DNA of 64,000 bases from an uncultured Verrucomicrobiae bacterium (GCA_963837955.1 CAWIPH010000002.1:2784001-2848000), one strand, 5' to 3'; shown: positions 48,487-59,101, numbered from the stretch's first letter. The notes: generated by a model from the letters alone, not told the origin. Program-made: numbers and translations.

Positions 48487-49233
48487 ATGGACAAATTTCT
48501 GCACCGGCATACGCGACGCTTCGTTTGGGAACGACCAACCCTGTATTGGCCTTTAGGCCTGTTGCGCGCTCGCGGAAACGTCCTCTTCGAGGACTATGAC
48601 TTTTGCGTCGATGGATTTCCGCGCTCCGCCAATACCTACGCGCTGCGCATGTTCCAGCTGATGTACGAACCAAATCTGCGAATCTGGAGTCATCATCACA
48701 TCCCCCCCTTTTTGATTCGCGCCGTCCAAATCGGCAAGCCGGTCTTTTTTCTCTGTCGCTCACCGATTGATGGCGCGATTTCATACGCAATTTTGCTCGG
48801 TTCGACTGTTGAAGACCAACTCAGATATTACATTCAGTTCCATCAGGTTCTCCTTCCCTACATGGACGGTTTGTTTGTCGCACCGTTCGATCAAGTCACA
48901 TCCGATTTCCAACGAGTCGTCGAAGCCTTCGCGGCGCGTTGGAGTCTGAGTCTGACGCCGCGATTGGGCGAAGAGATCGCGAGATCCCGGGCCTTTGCGA
49001 AGATTGACGAGGACCAGACCAACAGCCTTGGTGGTATTAACGAACGCATTGTCCACCGTCCTTCACGATTCCGGGAAACGCTTAGACCAGCACTACTCGC
49101 AAGCCTCGATTCGTCCACAGCGCAACGGTTGCTCGCTGAAGCAAACGATCTCTATCAACAGTACTACCAGAGCGCTAAATGGCGACTAGCGTCGAAGACC
49201 GCCGCGACGAATACTCCCTCAGATGCCGCCTAG
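48487..49233 (+). CDS. Sulfotransferase-like protein
   Basis: DGFPRSANT (5'-PSB-like) and RSPIDGAIS (3'-PB-like) motifs. Confidence 0.6.
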   Translation: MDKFLHRHTRRFVWERPTLYWPLGLLRARGNVLFEDYDFCVDGFPRSANTYALRMFQLMYEPNLRIWSHHHIPPFLIRAVQIGKPVFFLCRSPIDGAISYAILLGSTVEDQLRYYIQFHQVLLPYMDGLFVAPFDQVTSDFQRVVEAFAARWSLSLTPRLGEEIARSRAFAKIDEDQTNSLGGINERIVHRPSRFRETLRPALLASLDSSTAQRLLAEANDLYQQYYQSAKWRLASKTAATNTPSDAA

Positions 49234-49391
49234 CGCTAATCGACGCGAACAACCTCTATTTCATTTGCTTCAATTGCAATTCCGTCGCGGATTGGCTTGA
49301 GCCCGTTGCAGAATTCCCTCGTCAGTTAGCCCTCCGTTTTCATCCGGGAAAATGTGTGTAATCTTTTGCTGTAACCGCTGATTTCCAAACG

Positions 49392-50000
49392 TTGAGGACA
49401 AAAGTTAGTATTCGACAGGCAAGCGTGAACGACGCGGAATCGATTCTTGCCATCTACGGACCGATTTGTGAGTCGTCATCAATCAGCTTTGAAACGCAGA
49501 GTCCGTCGCTGAGTGAAATGCGGCAGCGAATCGAGAAAACAACCTTATTCTTCCCCTGGCTGGTTGTCGCAGACTCCAAAGATGTTTTGGGATACGCGTA
49601 CGCAGGCCCTCATCGTGAGAGATCCGCGTACCGATGGTCGACGGACGTCACCGTTTACCTTCACCAAGACGCTCGTCGAAAGGGTATCGGCACCGCACTC
49701 TACAAGGCGATTCTTGAACTTCTTCGGATACAAGGTTTTCATCGCGCATACGCGGGAATCGCTCTCCCTAATCCGGGAAGCGTTCGACTCCATGAGAAGA
49801 TGGGATTTCGATCAATCGGCATCTACCACGGAGTGGGATATAAACTTGGTACCTGGCATGACGTGCAATGGATGGAAGCCACTTTGCGCAGTGGGAATGA
49901 GGATCCTCAGGACCCAATCAGCGTAGATCAGATCGATTCTGCCAAATGGCGGACCACAATTTCTGATGGCGAGAAGGTTCTGGGACAGGTTGCGTTCTGA
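49392..50000 (+). CDS. GNAT N-acetyltransferase (Pat/YncA-like)
   Basis: ISFE, GYAYA, AYRW, RRKGIG, SVRLHEKMGF, VGYKLG.WHDV. Confidence 0.9.
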   Translation: MRTKVSIRQASVNDAESILAIYGPICESSSISFETQSPSLSEMRQRIEKTTLFFPWLVVADSKDVLGYAYAGPHRERSAYRWSTDVTVYLHQDARRKGIGTALYKAILELLRIQGFHRAYAGIALPNPGSVRLHEKMGFRSIGIYHGVGYKLGTWHDVQWMEATLRSGNEDPQDPISVDQIDSAKWRTTISDGEKVLGQVAF

Positions 50001-50031
50001 GCTCAGAAAACGCCGGAATCGCCCGTGACTA

Positions 50032-50268
50032 CGGAGGGGAGCCGCTTGCGGCTCCCGGAAACAACCCCTAGCGAGGAAACACCCCGGATTGGGCTCGGTT
50101 CCTCGATAAGCGCTGGGTAGTTTCCGGGCGTCGCACGTGTCCCGACGACGTGTCCGACGAAGCCTACTCCGATGTTCGAACCATCATTCACTGTTGGCGA
50201 AGTCGGAAGCCTCTTCCGATCCCAAATAATTACCACAAACTGGCGAAGTCGGAAGCAACGCCCCTCCG
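50032..50268. repeat. REPIN-like element; partial copy at 45922-45992
   Basis: CGGAGGGG...CCCCTCCG ends; TGGCGAAGTCGGAAGC at 45965, 50195, 50241; TCCGACGAAGCCTAC at 45922, 50153. Confidence 0.7.
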
Positions 50269-50320
50269 ATCGCTGGCCCACATTTGGAAGTTCAATGATC
50301 TGGGACTAGTTTATGTTGCG

Positions 50321-51085
50321 GTGGCGAACGGTGCGAAACAGCATTACCTATGGTGCACACGTCGAGCACTTGCGGCGACGTTATTGCTCCATCTGTCAAC
50401 GGAAGTCTGCGACTCGCAGTCTTTAACCCAGGTCGATTTCGCGGCGGCTCGCCGGAAGATGGTCGAGGAACAAATCGCCGCATCTGACCGAGGTATCACT
50501 AATCGAAAGGTCTTGGATGTTATGGGCTCAGTGCCCCGCCACGAATTCGTACCGGAATCTGAACGAAATTTTGCCTATCGGGATGAGCCCCTGCCGATTG
50601 GCTATGGTCAGACAATTTCTCAGCCTTCTCTGGTCGCGTTTATGACCGATAAGCTCGATCTGAAGCCAACCGATTGCGTCCTGGAAATCGGAACTGGGTC
50701 TGGTTATCAAGCCGCTATTTTGTCGCAGCTAGCTGCGCACGTTTACACCATCGAAATTATTGAACCCCTTGCCCGCCGCGCGATGGCTGACCTCAAGCGG
50801 CTCGGTTACAATAATGTCGAGGTCCTGATCGGCGACGGATATAAAGGGTGGCCCGAACACGCTCCGTTTGATGCCGTCATTGTGACATGTGCTCCCGATC
50901 GCGTTCCGCAGCCGTTGGTGGATCAACTACGTGACGGTGGTCGCATGGTCATTCCAGTTGGGGCAGCCGGGAACCAATCTCTCTACCTCTTGGAAAAGCA
51001 CGGTGAATCAGTTGTGCAGCAATCCATTTTACCGGTGCGGTTTGTTCCAATGACCGGCAAAATGGGAGCAGATACCGGGGAGTGA
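50321..51085 (+). CDS. pcm: Protein-L-isoaspartate O-methyltransferase (start uncertain)
   Basis: VPRHEFVP, GQTISQP, LEIGTGSGYQAA, APFDA, VRFVPM. Confidence 0.93.
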   Translation: MANGAKQHYLWCTRRALAATLLLHLSTEVCDSQSLTQVDFAAARRKMVEEQIAASDRGITNRKVLDVMGSVPRHEFVPESERNFAYRDEPLPIGYGQTISQPSLVAFMTDKLDLKPTDCVLEIGTGSGYQAAILSQLAAHVYTIEIIEPLARRAMADLKRLGYNNVEVLIGDGYKGWPEHAPFDAVIVTCAPDRVPQPLVDQLRDGGRMVIPVGAAGNQSLYLLEKHGESVVQQSILPVRFVPMTGKMGADTGE

Positions 51086-51166
51086 GTCGCGATTTATCGA
51101 GGGCCGGGACACGATTTCCCTTTGAATGTTCCAGCAATTTGCTGCATAGTGTTGGACTCCCCCCGT

Positions 51167-51619
51167 ATGGACGTCACCGGCACAGTGAGCCGAATTTTAG
51201 AGCGGAAGGGTTCCTCCTCGGTTTGGTCGATCGGACCAAATGCTACGGTCTACGAGGCCATCAAATTAATGGCGCAGAAAAATGTTGGCGCGTTATTCGT
51301 GCTGGAGGACAACCGACTAGCCGGGGTCATTTCCGAGCGCGACTATACTCGCAAAGTCATTCTGCAGGGAAAGTCATCGAAAGAAACTTCGGTCAGCGAA
51401 ATCATGACCAAAGATCTGGTCACGGCCGATCCCAATGACAACATAACGGAATGCATGCGCGTGATGACCGAGCGGCGGGTGCGACACCTCCCGGTGTTGG
51501 AGGGATCAAAGGTTGTAGGCGTTGTATCTATCGGTGATGTACTGAAATGGGTGATTTCTGCGCAGGACGCGACGATCGACCATCTCGAGAAATATATCAC
51601 CGGCAGTTATCCGGCCTAA
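51167..51619 (+). CDS. CBS-domain pair protein
   Basis: GVISERDY, RHLPV, VSIGD. Confidence 0.92.
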   Translation: MDVTGTVSRILERKGSSSVWSIGPNATVYEAIKLMAQKNVGALFVLEDNRLAGVISERDYTRKVILQGKSSKETSVSEIMTKDLVTADPNDNITECMRVMTERRVRHLPVLEGSKVVGVVSIGDVLKWVISAQDATIDHLEKYITGSYPA

Positions 51620-51686
51620 GGCGAGGATGCCTCGTCGGCAAACGGGTTTTCTGATTCGGGCGAGCAACCGATAACGGCATGCGCGA

Positions 51687-53441
51687 TTACGTCAGCAGTT
51701 CCGGATAATGTTGGCGAGCCATTGATTCGCAGCGCGTAAGAATTTCAGCCGCCGAGTCGAGCTCAAGCGCCTCGGCCAAAAACGTGGCGCATTCTTTGGA
51801 GTCGAGGGTTTGGACCGCTTTCTTGACCCGCGGCACCAAGCCGGCACTAGCGCTTAATTCGTCGACTCCTAGACCTATCAGGAGCGGTGTCAGCGAGATT
51901 TCACCGGCCATCTCGCCGCAGACTCCCACCCAAATATCGTTGGTGTGGGCGGCTGTCACAGCCATCTGCATCAGGCGTAAGATGGCCGGATGAGTGGGTT
52001 CGTAAAGGTGCGCGATTCGTTCGTTCACCCGATCGACTGCGATGGTATATTGGATTAGGTCGTTCGTTCCGATGCTGAAGAAATCGACCTCCTTAGCCAG
52101 GGCATCAGCAACCAGGACCGCGCTCGGTACTTCAATCATGATGCCTACTTCGAGGTTCTCGTTAAAAGGCACTCCCTCAGTTCGCAACTCTGAGCGGCAA
52201 CTTTCCAGGACCTCGTTCGCCTGTCGGAGCTCCGACAGCCCGGAAATCAAAGGATACATCATCCGAACATTGCCAAGCGCGCTAGCCCGCAAAATCGCTC
52301 GCAGTTGCGCTTTAAAAACGTCGGGACGCTCCAGACAGAATCGGATCGCTCGGCATCCCAGAAACGGATTGATCTCGGTTGGAAGATGCGAATGGCTGAG
52401 AAATTTGTCTCCTCCCAAATCGAGGGTTCGAATAATAACGGGCTGCGGAAGGAGAGCTTCGGCCACAGCGCGGTAAGCTTGGTATTGATTTTCTTCGTCC
52501 GGAAGTTCCGTCTTGTTTAGAAAGAAGAATTCTGTTCGATAAAGTCCGATCCCTTGCGCTCCCGCTGCGATGACCAGCGGCACATCCTCGGGCAATTCGA
52601 TATTAGCCGAGAGGATTATGCGTTTGCCGTCCGCCGTGACACTATCAGTGTCTCGCAAACCGGTCAGCTGCTCCTCGACCTCTTCTAGCTTTACCTCCAG
52701 CTCACCATATTCCCAAAGTGATTGGTCGGCGGGATTGACGATGACCAGCCCCTTGCTGCCGTCGAGCAAAACATGGTCGCCATTTTGGAGAGTGGTGGTC
52801 GCATCCTTCAGCCCGACTACGGCCGGAATATTCAGAGAGCGAGCCATGATCGCTGTGTGGGAAGTCCGGCTACCGACATCGGTCGCAATCCCCAGAACCA
52901 TCGGCCGGTTCAGCATCGCGGTATCCGACGGAGTTAGATTATGAGCGACGATGACGTGAGGGGAGTCGAGATGCGCCAGCGTCCTGGTAGATCGTCCAAG
53001 AAGATTGCGGATCACCCGCCGGGTAACGTCGTAAATGTCGAATGCGCGTTCCCGGAGATAAGGGTCGTCGATTTCACTCAGCGTCTTGGCGTACCGGTTG
53101 GCTACTTCGCTAAAGGTAAATTCCACATTCCAGCGCTCACGCTGCAGAGCCCGCAGTACTTCATCGATCAAGGTGTGGTCCTCTACGACCATCAGATGAG
53201 CATCGAAAATGCTGGCATCCTTCGCGCCGATCGCCTCGGCGATCCGTTGTTGCATTTCCAGGATTTGGGCACGGGTGGCAATGAGGGCCGCCTCGAACCG
53301 GGCAATTTCGGCGGGCATCTCGGATTCGTCGAGCTTACGCTTAGGTGGCTCTTCGTCGTCTGGATGATGCAGAAAGACGATTCCGCGGGCAAAACCGGGC
53401 GCTACGCCTACTCCTCGCAGTGTTACTTCCTGATCGCTCAT
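51687..53441 (-). CDS. ptsI: PEP-protein phosphotransferase, Enzyme I
   Basis: TSHTAIMAR, GLYRTEF, RTLDLGGDK, IGTNDL, CGE. Confidence 0.95.
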   Translation of the reverse strand: MSDQEVTLRGVGVAPGFARGIVFLHHPDDEEPPKRKLDESEMPAEIARFEAALIATRAQILEMQQRIAEAIGAKDASIFDAHLMVVEDHTLIDEVLRALQRERWNVEFTFSEVANRYAKTLSEIDDPYLRERAFDIYDVTRRVIRNLLGRSTRTLAHLDSPHVIVAHNLTPSDTAMLNRPMVLGIATDVGSRTSHTAIMARSLNIPAVVGLKDATTTLQNGDHVLLDGSKGLVIVNPADQSLWEYGELEVKLEEVEEQLTGLRDTDSVTADGKRIILSANIELPEDVPLVIAAGAQGIGLYRTEFFFLNKTELPDEENQYQAYRAVAEALLPQPVIIRTLDLGGDKFLSHSHLPTEINPFLGCRAIRFCLERPDVFKAQLRAILRASALGNVRMMYPLISGLSELRQANEVLESCRSELRTEGVPFNENLEVGIMIEVPSAVLVADALAKEVDFFSIGTNDLIQYTIAVDRVNERIAHLYEPTHPAILRLMQMAVTAAHTNDIWVGVCGEMAGEISLTPLLIGLGVDELSASAGLVPRVKKAVQTLDSKECATFLAEALELDSAAEILTRCESMARQHYPELLT

Positions 53442-53557
53442 TGCCGGATCTGAGCCTAATCAAACCTGGTCAACTTTCGACCAAAAAGAGCGGGTCAGGG
53501 AAAGTGCGGGGTTCTGAGGGTGCGAAAACAAGAAATGGGATAGCAATCAAACTTTAA

Positions 53558-53857
53558 CTATTCCTCGTCAAAACGCCGTTCGATCAATGACTCTAGCTCC
53601 TTGACTGCCTGTTCGGCATCGGATCCTTCGGCCGAAATCATCAACTTGGATCCCTGTCCCGCCGCCAGCATCATTAAGCCCATTATGCTCTTTCCGTTGA
53701 CCTGTTCGCCGTCCTTCTCCACCCAGATCTCGGCCCGATGCTTGTTAGCGATGCGAACAAACATGGCAGCCGGCCGCGCGTGCAGGCCAAGCTTGTTTAC
53801 GATGGTCACTTCTCGTAGAATTTTGCCGGATCCCGACCGCTTGCTCAAAAGCCCCAT
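53558..53857 (-). CDS. ptsH: HPr phosphocarrier
   Basis: GLHARPA, GKSIMG. Confidence 0.95.
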   Translation of the reverse strand: MGLLSKRSGSGKILREVTIVNKLGLHARPAAMFVRIANKHRAEIWVEKDGEQVNGKSIMGLMMLAAGQGSKLMISAEGSDAEQAVKELESLIERRFDEE

Positions 53858-54813
53858 TAGATCTCCTTGTTGTTTTGCATCAAATTCAAGAGGCGCTGAT
53901 TAAATTCCACAGCGCTATTTTGGCCAAGACTCTTCAACTTCTGATCCAACGCTGCAACCTCAACTAGTCGGGCCAAATCACGGCCCACGCGGACCGGGAT
54001 CGTGATGTGTGGAATCTGGATTCCGAGAATTTCGTAGTATTCCGTCTCGAGTCCAATTCTATCAACCTCTTCCAATTCATGCCAGTCGCGGAGCGTCACG
54101 ATTAAATCCAAACGTTTCTCGAGGCGAATGCTACCGACGCCAAAGATGGAAGCAACATTGATAATTCCGAGGCCGCGGACCTCCATATGGTATCTAGTCA
54201 GGTCAGGGGCTGTACCGACGAGTTCGCGTCCTTCGATTGCTCGAAATCGCGTGACATCGTCACTCACCAGGCTATAGCCACGCTCGATCAGCCCCAAGAC
54301 GCACTCGCTCTTACCGATGCCGCTGTCACCTCGAATCAATGTTCCGACGCCCAAAATATCGACCATGCTACCGTGCTCGGTTTTGGTGGGCGCAAAATCC
54401 ATCTCCAATGCAATGGTTGCGGCATTGATGAAGCGCATGGTCACCATTGGCGTACGGAAAATGGCAATTTTATTTCCGGCAGCGGCCTCGGTAAGAGCTC
54501 TGGGGACTGGGAGGTTTCGGGAGACGACGACGCAAGGGATTTGTTGCTGGCAAAGCTGGAAGCAGCGTTTGCGCTGCTCGTCGAGAGTCAAGCTCTTTAG
54601 ATAGCTATCTTCTGCGTTTCCAAGCACTTGCACACGTTTATCCGCGAAATAGACAAAAAATCCGGAGAGAGCAAGCCCGGGGCGGTTAATCGTTGGTTCT
54701 CGAATCTTCCGGTCAAACCCATTGGCCGGGCCAAACAGCTTCAGGTGAAGTGATTCCCCGTGACGGGTATAGAATTCACCCACTCGGGCAAACGGCAGTT
54801 TTCCTCGTTTCAT
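53857..54813 (-). CDS. hprK: HPr kinase/phosphorylase
   Basis: RPGLAL, GDSGIGKSE, LVSDD, EVRGLGII. Confidence 0.95.
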   Translation of the reverse strand: MKRGKLPFARVGEFYTRHGESLHLKLFGPANGFDRKIREPTINRPGLALSGFFVYFADKRVQVLGNAEDSYLKSLTLDEQRKRCFQLCQQQIPCVVVSRNLPVPRALTEAAAGNKIAIFRTPMVTMRFINAATIALEMDFAPTKTEHGSMVDILGVGTLIRGDSGIGKSECVLGLIERGYSLVSDDVTRFRAIEGRELVGTAPDLTRYHMEVRGLGIINVASIFGVGSIRLEKRLDLIVTLRDWHELEEVDRIGLETEYYEILGIQIPHITIPVRVGRDLARLVEVAALDQKLKSLGQNSAVEFNQRLLNLMQNNKEI

Positions 54814-54944
54814 CGGCTCGCCGCCCCGAGTTCGAGCGCGATCAGATTGCCCTTGAAGTTGCGCCGGACTGCGAGTCGGTGTCGATTCGCAGTCCGAGCA
54901 CAAAGCTGATAAATAACCGGTCGTTCAATAATAGGAACTAGGCT

Positions 54945-55556
54945 TTAACTAAACGCCGGTTCAATCAAACCAAAATCACCTTTCTTACGCCGATAGAGAA
55001 CGTTCACTTTTTCAGTTTGGCAATTGAGAAAGACCAGGAACTGCTTCGTTGAAAGTTCCATCTGTAAAACTGCTTCATCCGGCGACATCGGCTTGACGGG
55101 ATGTTTTTCCCTGTGAACGATCTCGCGGACAGCCTCTTCTTCCACGGGTGCCTCCCCATTGGCCGGAAATTCAGCGGCAACATCAATCCAATCCCAGCGC
55201 ACAATGCGATCCTCGAACTGTCGCATCCCCTGTTTTTTGGGGCGATGGTTTCTCATAAGACGCGTCTTGCATTTGCGCATCTGCCGGGCCACGCGATCCA
55301 CCACCTGGTCAATCGATGCGTACATATCGTTACACTCTGAGCGAGCCTCGATGGTGATGTGATTGCTGCAGTGCAAAATCACCTCAGCCTGATGCCGGTA
55401 TTTCTGAACGTCGAGAATAACTTGTACCTCAATAATCTTGGGATAATCGAGGTGAAGCGTCGCCACTTTTCTGCGGCAGTACTCCTTCATAGCTTCTGTC
55501 ACGCTGACGTGTCTTCCGGTCACCCGGATGGGTGGATTTGCATTTCTTATCTGCAT
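54945..55556 (-). CDS. hpf: Long-form ribosome hibernation promoting factor
   Basis: VTGRH, DMYASID, KPMSPDEAVLQM, YRRKKGDFGLIE. Confidence 0.93.
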   Translation of the reverse strand: MQIRNANPPIRVTGRHVSVTEAMKEYCRRKVATLHLDYPKIIEVQVILDVQKYRHQAEVILHCSNHITIEARSECNDMYASIDQVVDRVARQMRKCKTRLMRNHRPKKQGMRQFEDRIVRWDWIDVAAEFPANGEAPVEEEAVREIVHREKHPVKPMSPDEAVLQMELSTKQFLVFLNCQTEKVNVLYRRKKGDFGLIEPAFS

Positions 55557-55716
55557 ATTGCCCCTTTCTTAAGGTTAATTGCTGTTCCAAGTTTCGGCCG
55601 CGCGAAGGCCGGAAGGTACGTGGTGTAAGTCTGTGGCAGCCCGGCGGCTTTCGATTGTAACAAACAATATTGGTTTTTCTTTGGTTCGAGCGGGCAGGGA
55701 GGGCTTCCCAGCTCTG

Positions 55717-56502
55717 CTACATACGAAAACGTTCTCCTAAATAGAGTTGACGGCTAATGGGGTCATTAATCAGGAATTCTCGAGTCCCTTGGCTTTCGAC
55801 GCGTCCGTCGTAGATAAGGTAAGCCCGGTCAACGATCTCGAGTGTCTCCCGGACGTTGTGGTCGGTAATCAGGATGGCCAGACCCGATTTGCGCAAATTG
55901 GAGATATGCTGCTGGATCTCGGATACCGCTATCGGATCTACCCCGCTGAACGGCTCATCCAACATGATGAGCTTGGGGTGCGTGACCAAGGAACGAGCGA
56001 TCGTCAAACGACGCTTTTCACCGCCGCTGAGGGTTAATGCCTGATGCTTGGCTAGATTCTCAATTCCAAACTGCCGCAAGAGCGCATCGCATCTCTGTTT
56101 CTTTGCGCGACGATTACCTGGCATCATCTCCAGGATCGCCATAATGTTCTCTTCGACCGTGAGTTTTCGGAAAATCGATTCTTCTTGGGGAAGGTACCCC
56201 ATGCCCATTCGCGCCCGGCGATGCATAGCGAAGCGCGTTACATCACCGTCTTCGAAGTAAACCCGACCGCCGTTTGGTCGCACGAGCCCTACGATAAGAT
56301 AAAAAGTTGTCGTTTTGCCAGCACCATTTGGTCCGAGCAAACCGACAATTTCACCGCGATCGACGTGAATATCGATCCCATTCACCACTGCGCGCCCACC
56401 GTAGATTTTTACGAGCTTATCCGTCCGTAGGATCGGAGCTTCGGTTTGCTTCTGCGGTGCGACATCGGTTGTCGGCGCAGCCTGTAGATTTCCCGTCGCC
56501 AT
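55717..56502 (-). CDS. lptB: LPS export ABC ATPase
   Basis: GPNGAGKTT, YLPQEESIFRKL, DEPFSGVDP, TDHNVRETL, YLGE. Confidence 0.95.
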   Translation of the reverse strand: MATGNLQAAPTTDVAPQKQTEAPILRTDKLVKIYGGRAVVNGIDIHVDRGEIVGLLGPNGAGKTTTFYLIVGLVRPNGGRVYFEDGDVTRFAMHRRARMGMGYLPQEESIFRKLTVEENIMAILEMMPGNRRAKKQRCDALLRQFGIENLAKHQALTLSGGEKRRLTIARSLVTHPKLIMLDEPFSGVDPIAVSEIQQHISNLRKSGLAILITDHNVRETLEIVDRAYLIYDGRVESQGTREFLINDPISRQLYLGERFRM

Positions 56503-56507
56503 TCTTG

Positions 56508-57284
56508 CTATTGTTGTCCCGGGGGAGCGGCCTTGGTTCCTTCGGATTTGTCCTGAATAATAGTTCGACTTGCGCCAAAGGTCTTCAGTCTTCCGTCGCG
56601 ATACAAGATCATTCTGGTGCCTTCTTCTGTCGAGATATGCGTGTTAATACCCTGCGTAATCTGGGGCCATCCAATCAGCGTCATTGATTGATCCTTAGCG
56701 TCATACAGCGCTTTTTGCGCCCGTCCAGTCGAAAGGACCGGAGGCGGAGTCGGCGAAGGAGTTGGGCTCGGCGGATCCGCGAGAACGGAGAATGGTGTCG
56801 AAGTCGGTGTAGGTGTCGGCGTTGGGGTAGAGGCTCCGGCATTGGAGCCGTCTTTGGTATTCTTTGTCTCGTTGGCGTGCACAATGATCACGTTACCCTC
56901 GGCCTCTGCGGAACTGAGCCCACCCCCCTCTTCCTGTTTGGCCATGTGCACAGTCAATTTGTCTGCGGTCATCGTAAAGTCGGGATCAACCACTTTAACG
57001 TTCCCAACAAACACACCAGTTCGCGTTGATCCGTCAAACTCAAATTGCTCCCGGGCCGTAATTTCGGTTGGTCCCTTGTTCTGGGTCGATCCCGGGAGAG
57101 CCCCGTTTTGCTTTGCATCCTTGTTTGGCTTGCCCACGGGCGAACTACTGCTCTTGGGAGACGCTGAGCTTCGAGCGGTCGGGCTCTTAACTTGTTTTGG
57201 TTTACTCGCGGTTGGCTGTTGGGCCGACAAGTTGCCGATGATCGCGGCCCCAAAGGCTATTGCCAAAATGCTACTTTTTTTCAC
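56508..57284 (-). CDS. lptA: LptA/OstA-family protein
   Basis: Signal peptide, FVGNVKV...ADKL, AEGNV; position between lptC and lptB; PT-rich insert. Confidence 0.8.
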   Translation of the reverse strand: MKKSSILAIAFGAAIIGNLSAQQPTASKPKQVKSPTARSSASPKSSSSPVGKPNKDAKQNGALPGSTQNKGPTEITAREQFEFDGSTRTGVFVGNVKVVDPDFTMTADKLTVHMAKQEEGGGLSSAEAEGNVIIVHANETKNTKDGSNAGASTPTPTPTPTSTPFSVLADPPSPTPSPTPPPVLSTGRAQKALYDAKDQSMTLIGWPQITQGINTHISTEEGTRMILYRDGRLKTFGASRTIIQDKSEGTKAAPPGQQ

Positions 57285-57780
57285 TGGTTAGCTGCTGATC
57301 TTCGTCCGATTTCTTGTTGGTCAACGCATCGCGGTTGTAAATGATCAAACGAACATTCCCGATGACCTTCCCTTGGCGCGTTTTGGTGTTGAATTCCATT
57401 GCGTCACCCGTGAGGCGAAAGTCTTCCCGGCTGACGATGACGGGATCATGGCTGACAACGATGTTTGTATCCATGTTCATCACCGAAGTTTTCAGCTCGA
57501 TCTTGGCATCCGGTTTGTAAGTTTCCTGGCTGTACGTTTGGATCACCGAGGAACGCATCTCGACATTTTGCTCGTCCAGGCGTCTAGCCCACTCGACGTC
57601 CATCCGAAACTCGATCTTCCCCTCGTCGTTCCGAAAGGGAATCCGCAGACCTTTGACATCGTGCCCAATCGGGACCGGCAGCACAATCTTGCGCTCACCG
57701 TTGGGCGATCCTCCGAAGAGCTCTCCCCCTAGAGCGAAGCAGAGGGCTAGAGCCGCCAAAGGTTTAGCGCACCACTTCAT
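57271..57780 (-). CDS. lptC: LptC-like protein
   Basis: Beta-jellyroll-like LTGDAMEFN...GNV; synteny after kdsA. Confidence 0.7.
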   Translation of the reverse strand: MKWCAKPLAALALCFALGGELFGGSPNGERKIVLPVPIGHDVKGLRIPFRNDEGKIEFRMDVEWARRLDEQNVEMRSSVIQTYSQETYKPDAKIELKTSVMNMDTNIVVSHDPVIVSREDFRLTGDAMEFNTKTRQGKVIGNVRLIIYNRDALTNKKSDEDQQLTSEKK

Positions 57781-58585
57781 GGATTTTCTTAAGCTGAGAC
57801 AATAATTGTGGCAAATCGCTCAACCGGATTTGATTTGGTCCGTCCGATAGCGCTTCACTCGGGTTTGGATGAGTCTCTATGAAAATACCGTCGCAACCGG
57901 CGGCCACCGCCGATCGGGCCAAAACTGGGGCGAGCTCGCCGTCCCCTCCTGTACTCGTTCCGCTACTCCCGGGTCGCTGCACTGAATGCGTCGCATCGAA
58001 TACCACTGGGTAACCCTGTTTTCTGATCCAATACAACGAGCGCATGTCGGCCACGAGATTATTGTACCCGAAGGTGGTACCCCGCTCTGTAAAAACGTAG
58101 TTCCGACAGCCGGAAGCCTCTAGCTTCTCCGCGATGTTAGCCACATCCCAGGGGGCCAGAAATTGACCTTTCTTGACATTAACCGCCCTCCCCGTGGCGC
58201 CAGCAGCTTGAATGAGATCCGTCTGCCGGCACAGAAAAGCCGGAATTTGGAGGACATCGATAAACTCGCTGGCCGCTTGCGCTTCTTCGACTGAGTGCAC
58301 GTCGGTGGTAACCGGCACTTTCAACTCCTCTCCGATCGCCTGCAAGATTCGACAGCCATTTTTCAATCCAATTCCGCGATACGATTTCGATGAAGTACGA
58401 TTGGCTTTGTCGTAGGAAGCCTTAAAGATCCAGGGAACGTCGATAGTTTGACAGATCTCCTCTAGCTGGCGAGCGAGCGCCCAAACAAAATCTTCCGATT
58501 CAATTACACACGGTCCAAGGATAAAAAAGGGTGTACTTCCGCCTGACTGAATTCGCCCGATCTGGAAAGTTTTGCTGCCCGGCAT
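57764..58585 (-). CDS. kdsA: KDO-8-phosphate synthase
   Basis: GPCVIES, KASYDKANRTS, QIPAFLCRQT, KKGQF, DATHSVQ. Confidence 0.96.
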   Translation of the reverse strand: MPGSKTFQIGRIQSGGSTPFFILGPCVIESEDFVWALARQLEEICQTIDVPWIFKASYDKANRTSSKSYRGIGLKNGCRILQAIGEELKVPVTTDVHSVEEAQAASEFIDVLQIPAFLCRQTDLIQAAGATGRAVNVKKGQFLAPWDVANIAEKLEASGCRNYVFTERGTTFGYNNLVADMRSLYWIRKQGYPVVFDATHSVQRPGSSGTSTGGDGELAPVLARSAVAAGCDGIFIETHPNPSEALSDGPNQIRLSDLPQLLSQLKKIHEVVR

Positions 58586-58669
58586 GAGTGCAAAGATGAG
58601 CGGCGCTCAAAGGAGAGACGGCTCTGCAACAATTCCGTTGCAAGATTCTCCTCGGAATAGGCGTAAATC

Positions 58670-59101
58670 TTACGAGCCGTAGCTCTTGACGAACTTCTTC
58701 TTTCCTTCGCTCTCGCCAGCCGAAGGAGCCCCTGTGATTGGGTTTTCGATCTTGGATACTGGTTCCGTTTCGGCGGTCGAGGGTTCGGGTCTCGTATCAG
58801 CCTTCCGTTCGGATCGTTTCTCTCGCACTGCCTCCACATACGCCAACTGCAAACTGGACAACGTATTGGCGAGGATCTGTGCTTCGTCTTTGTTCAGATT
58901 ACCCTTGGTTTTTTCCTGGATCATCGCCAATTGATCGATCAGCAGCTTGGCAAATTCGAGGTTCACTTCCGGTTTGCCCGTCTGGGGATGCGGTATCTGG
59001 CCGAGTAACAGAGCAGCATGCTGCGCCTGCATGAGGACAAATTCGATGAATCGCTGCGCCATCTCACCTGACGCGGCCGTGGTATTCTGAAATTCTGCCA
59101 T
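58670..59101 (-). CDS. DUF1844-like protein
   Basis: LGQIPHP, IDQL.MIQEKTKGNL. Confidence 0.8.
   Translation of the reverse strand: MAEFQNTTAASGEMAQRFIEFVLMQAQHAALLLGQIPHPQTGKPEVNLEFAKLLIDQLAMIQEKTKGNLNKDEAQILANTLSSLQLAYVEAVREKRSERKADTRPEPSTAETEPVSKIENPITGAPSAGESEGKKKFVKSYGS

Noticed and set aside
50153..50268. CRISPR-like spaced repeats (TGGCGAAGTCGGAAGC about 46 bp apart)
   Set aside because: Only two good 16-bp copies, part of a REP-like element with terminal inverted repeats, and no cas genes.
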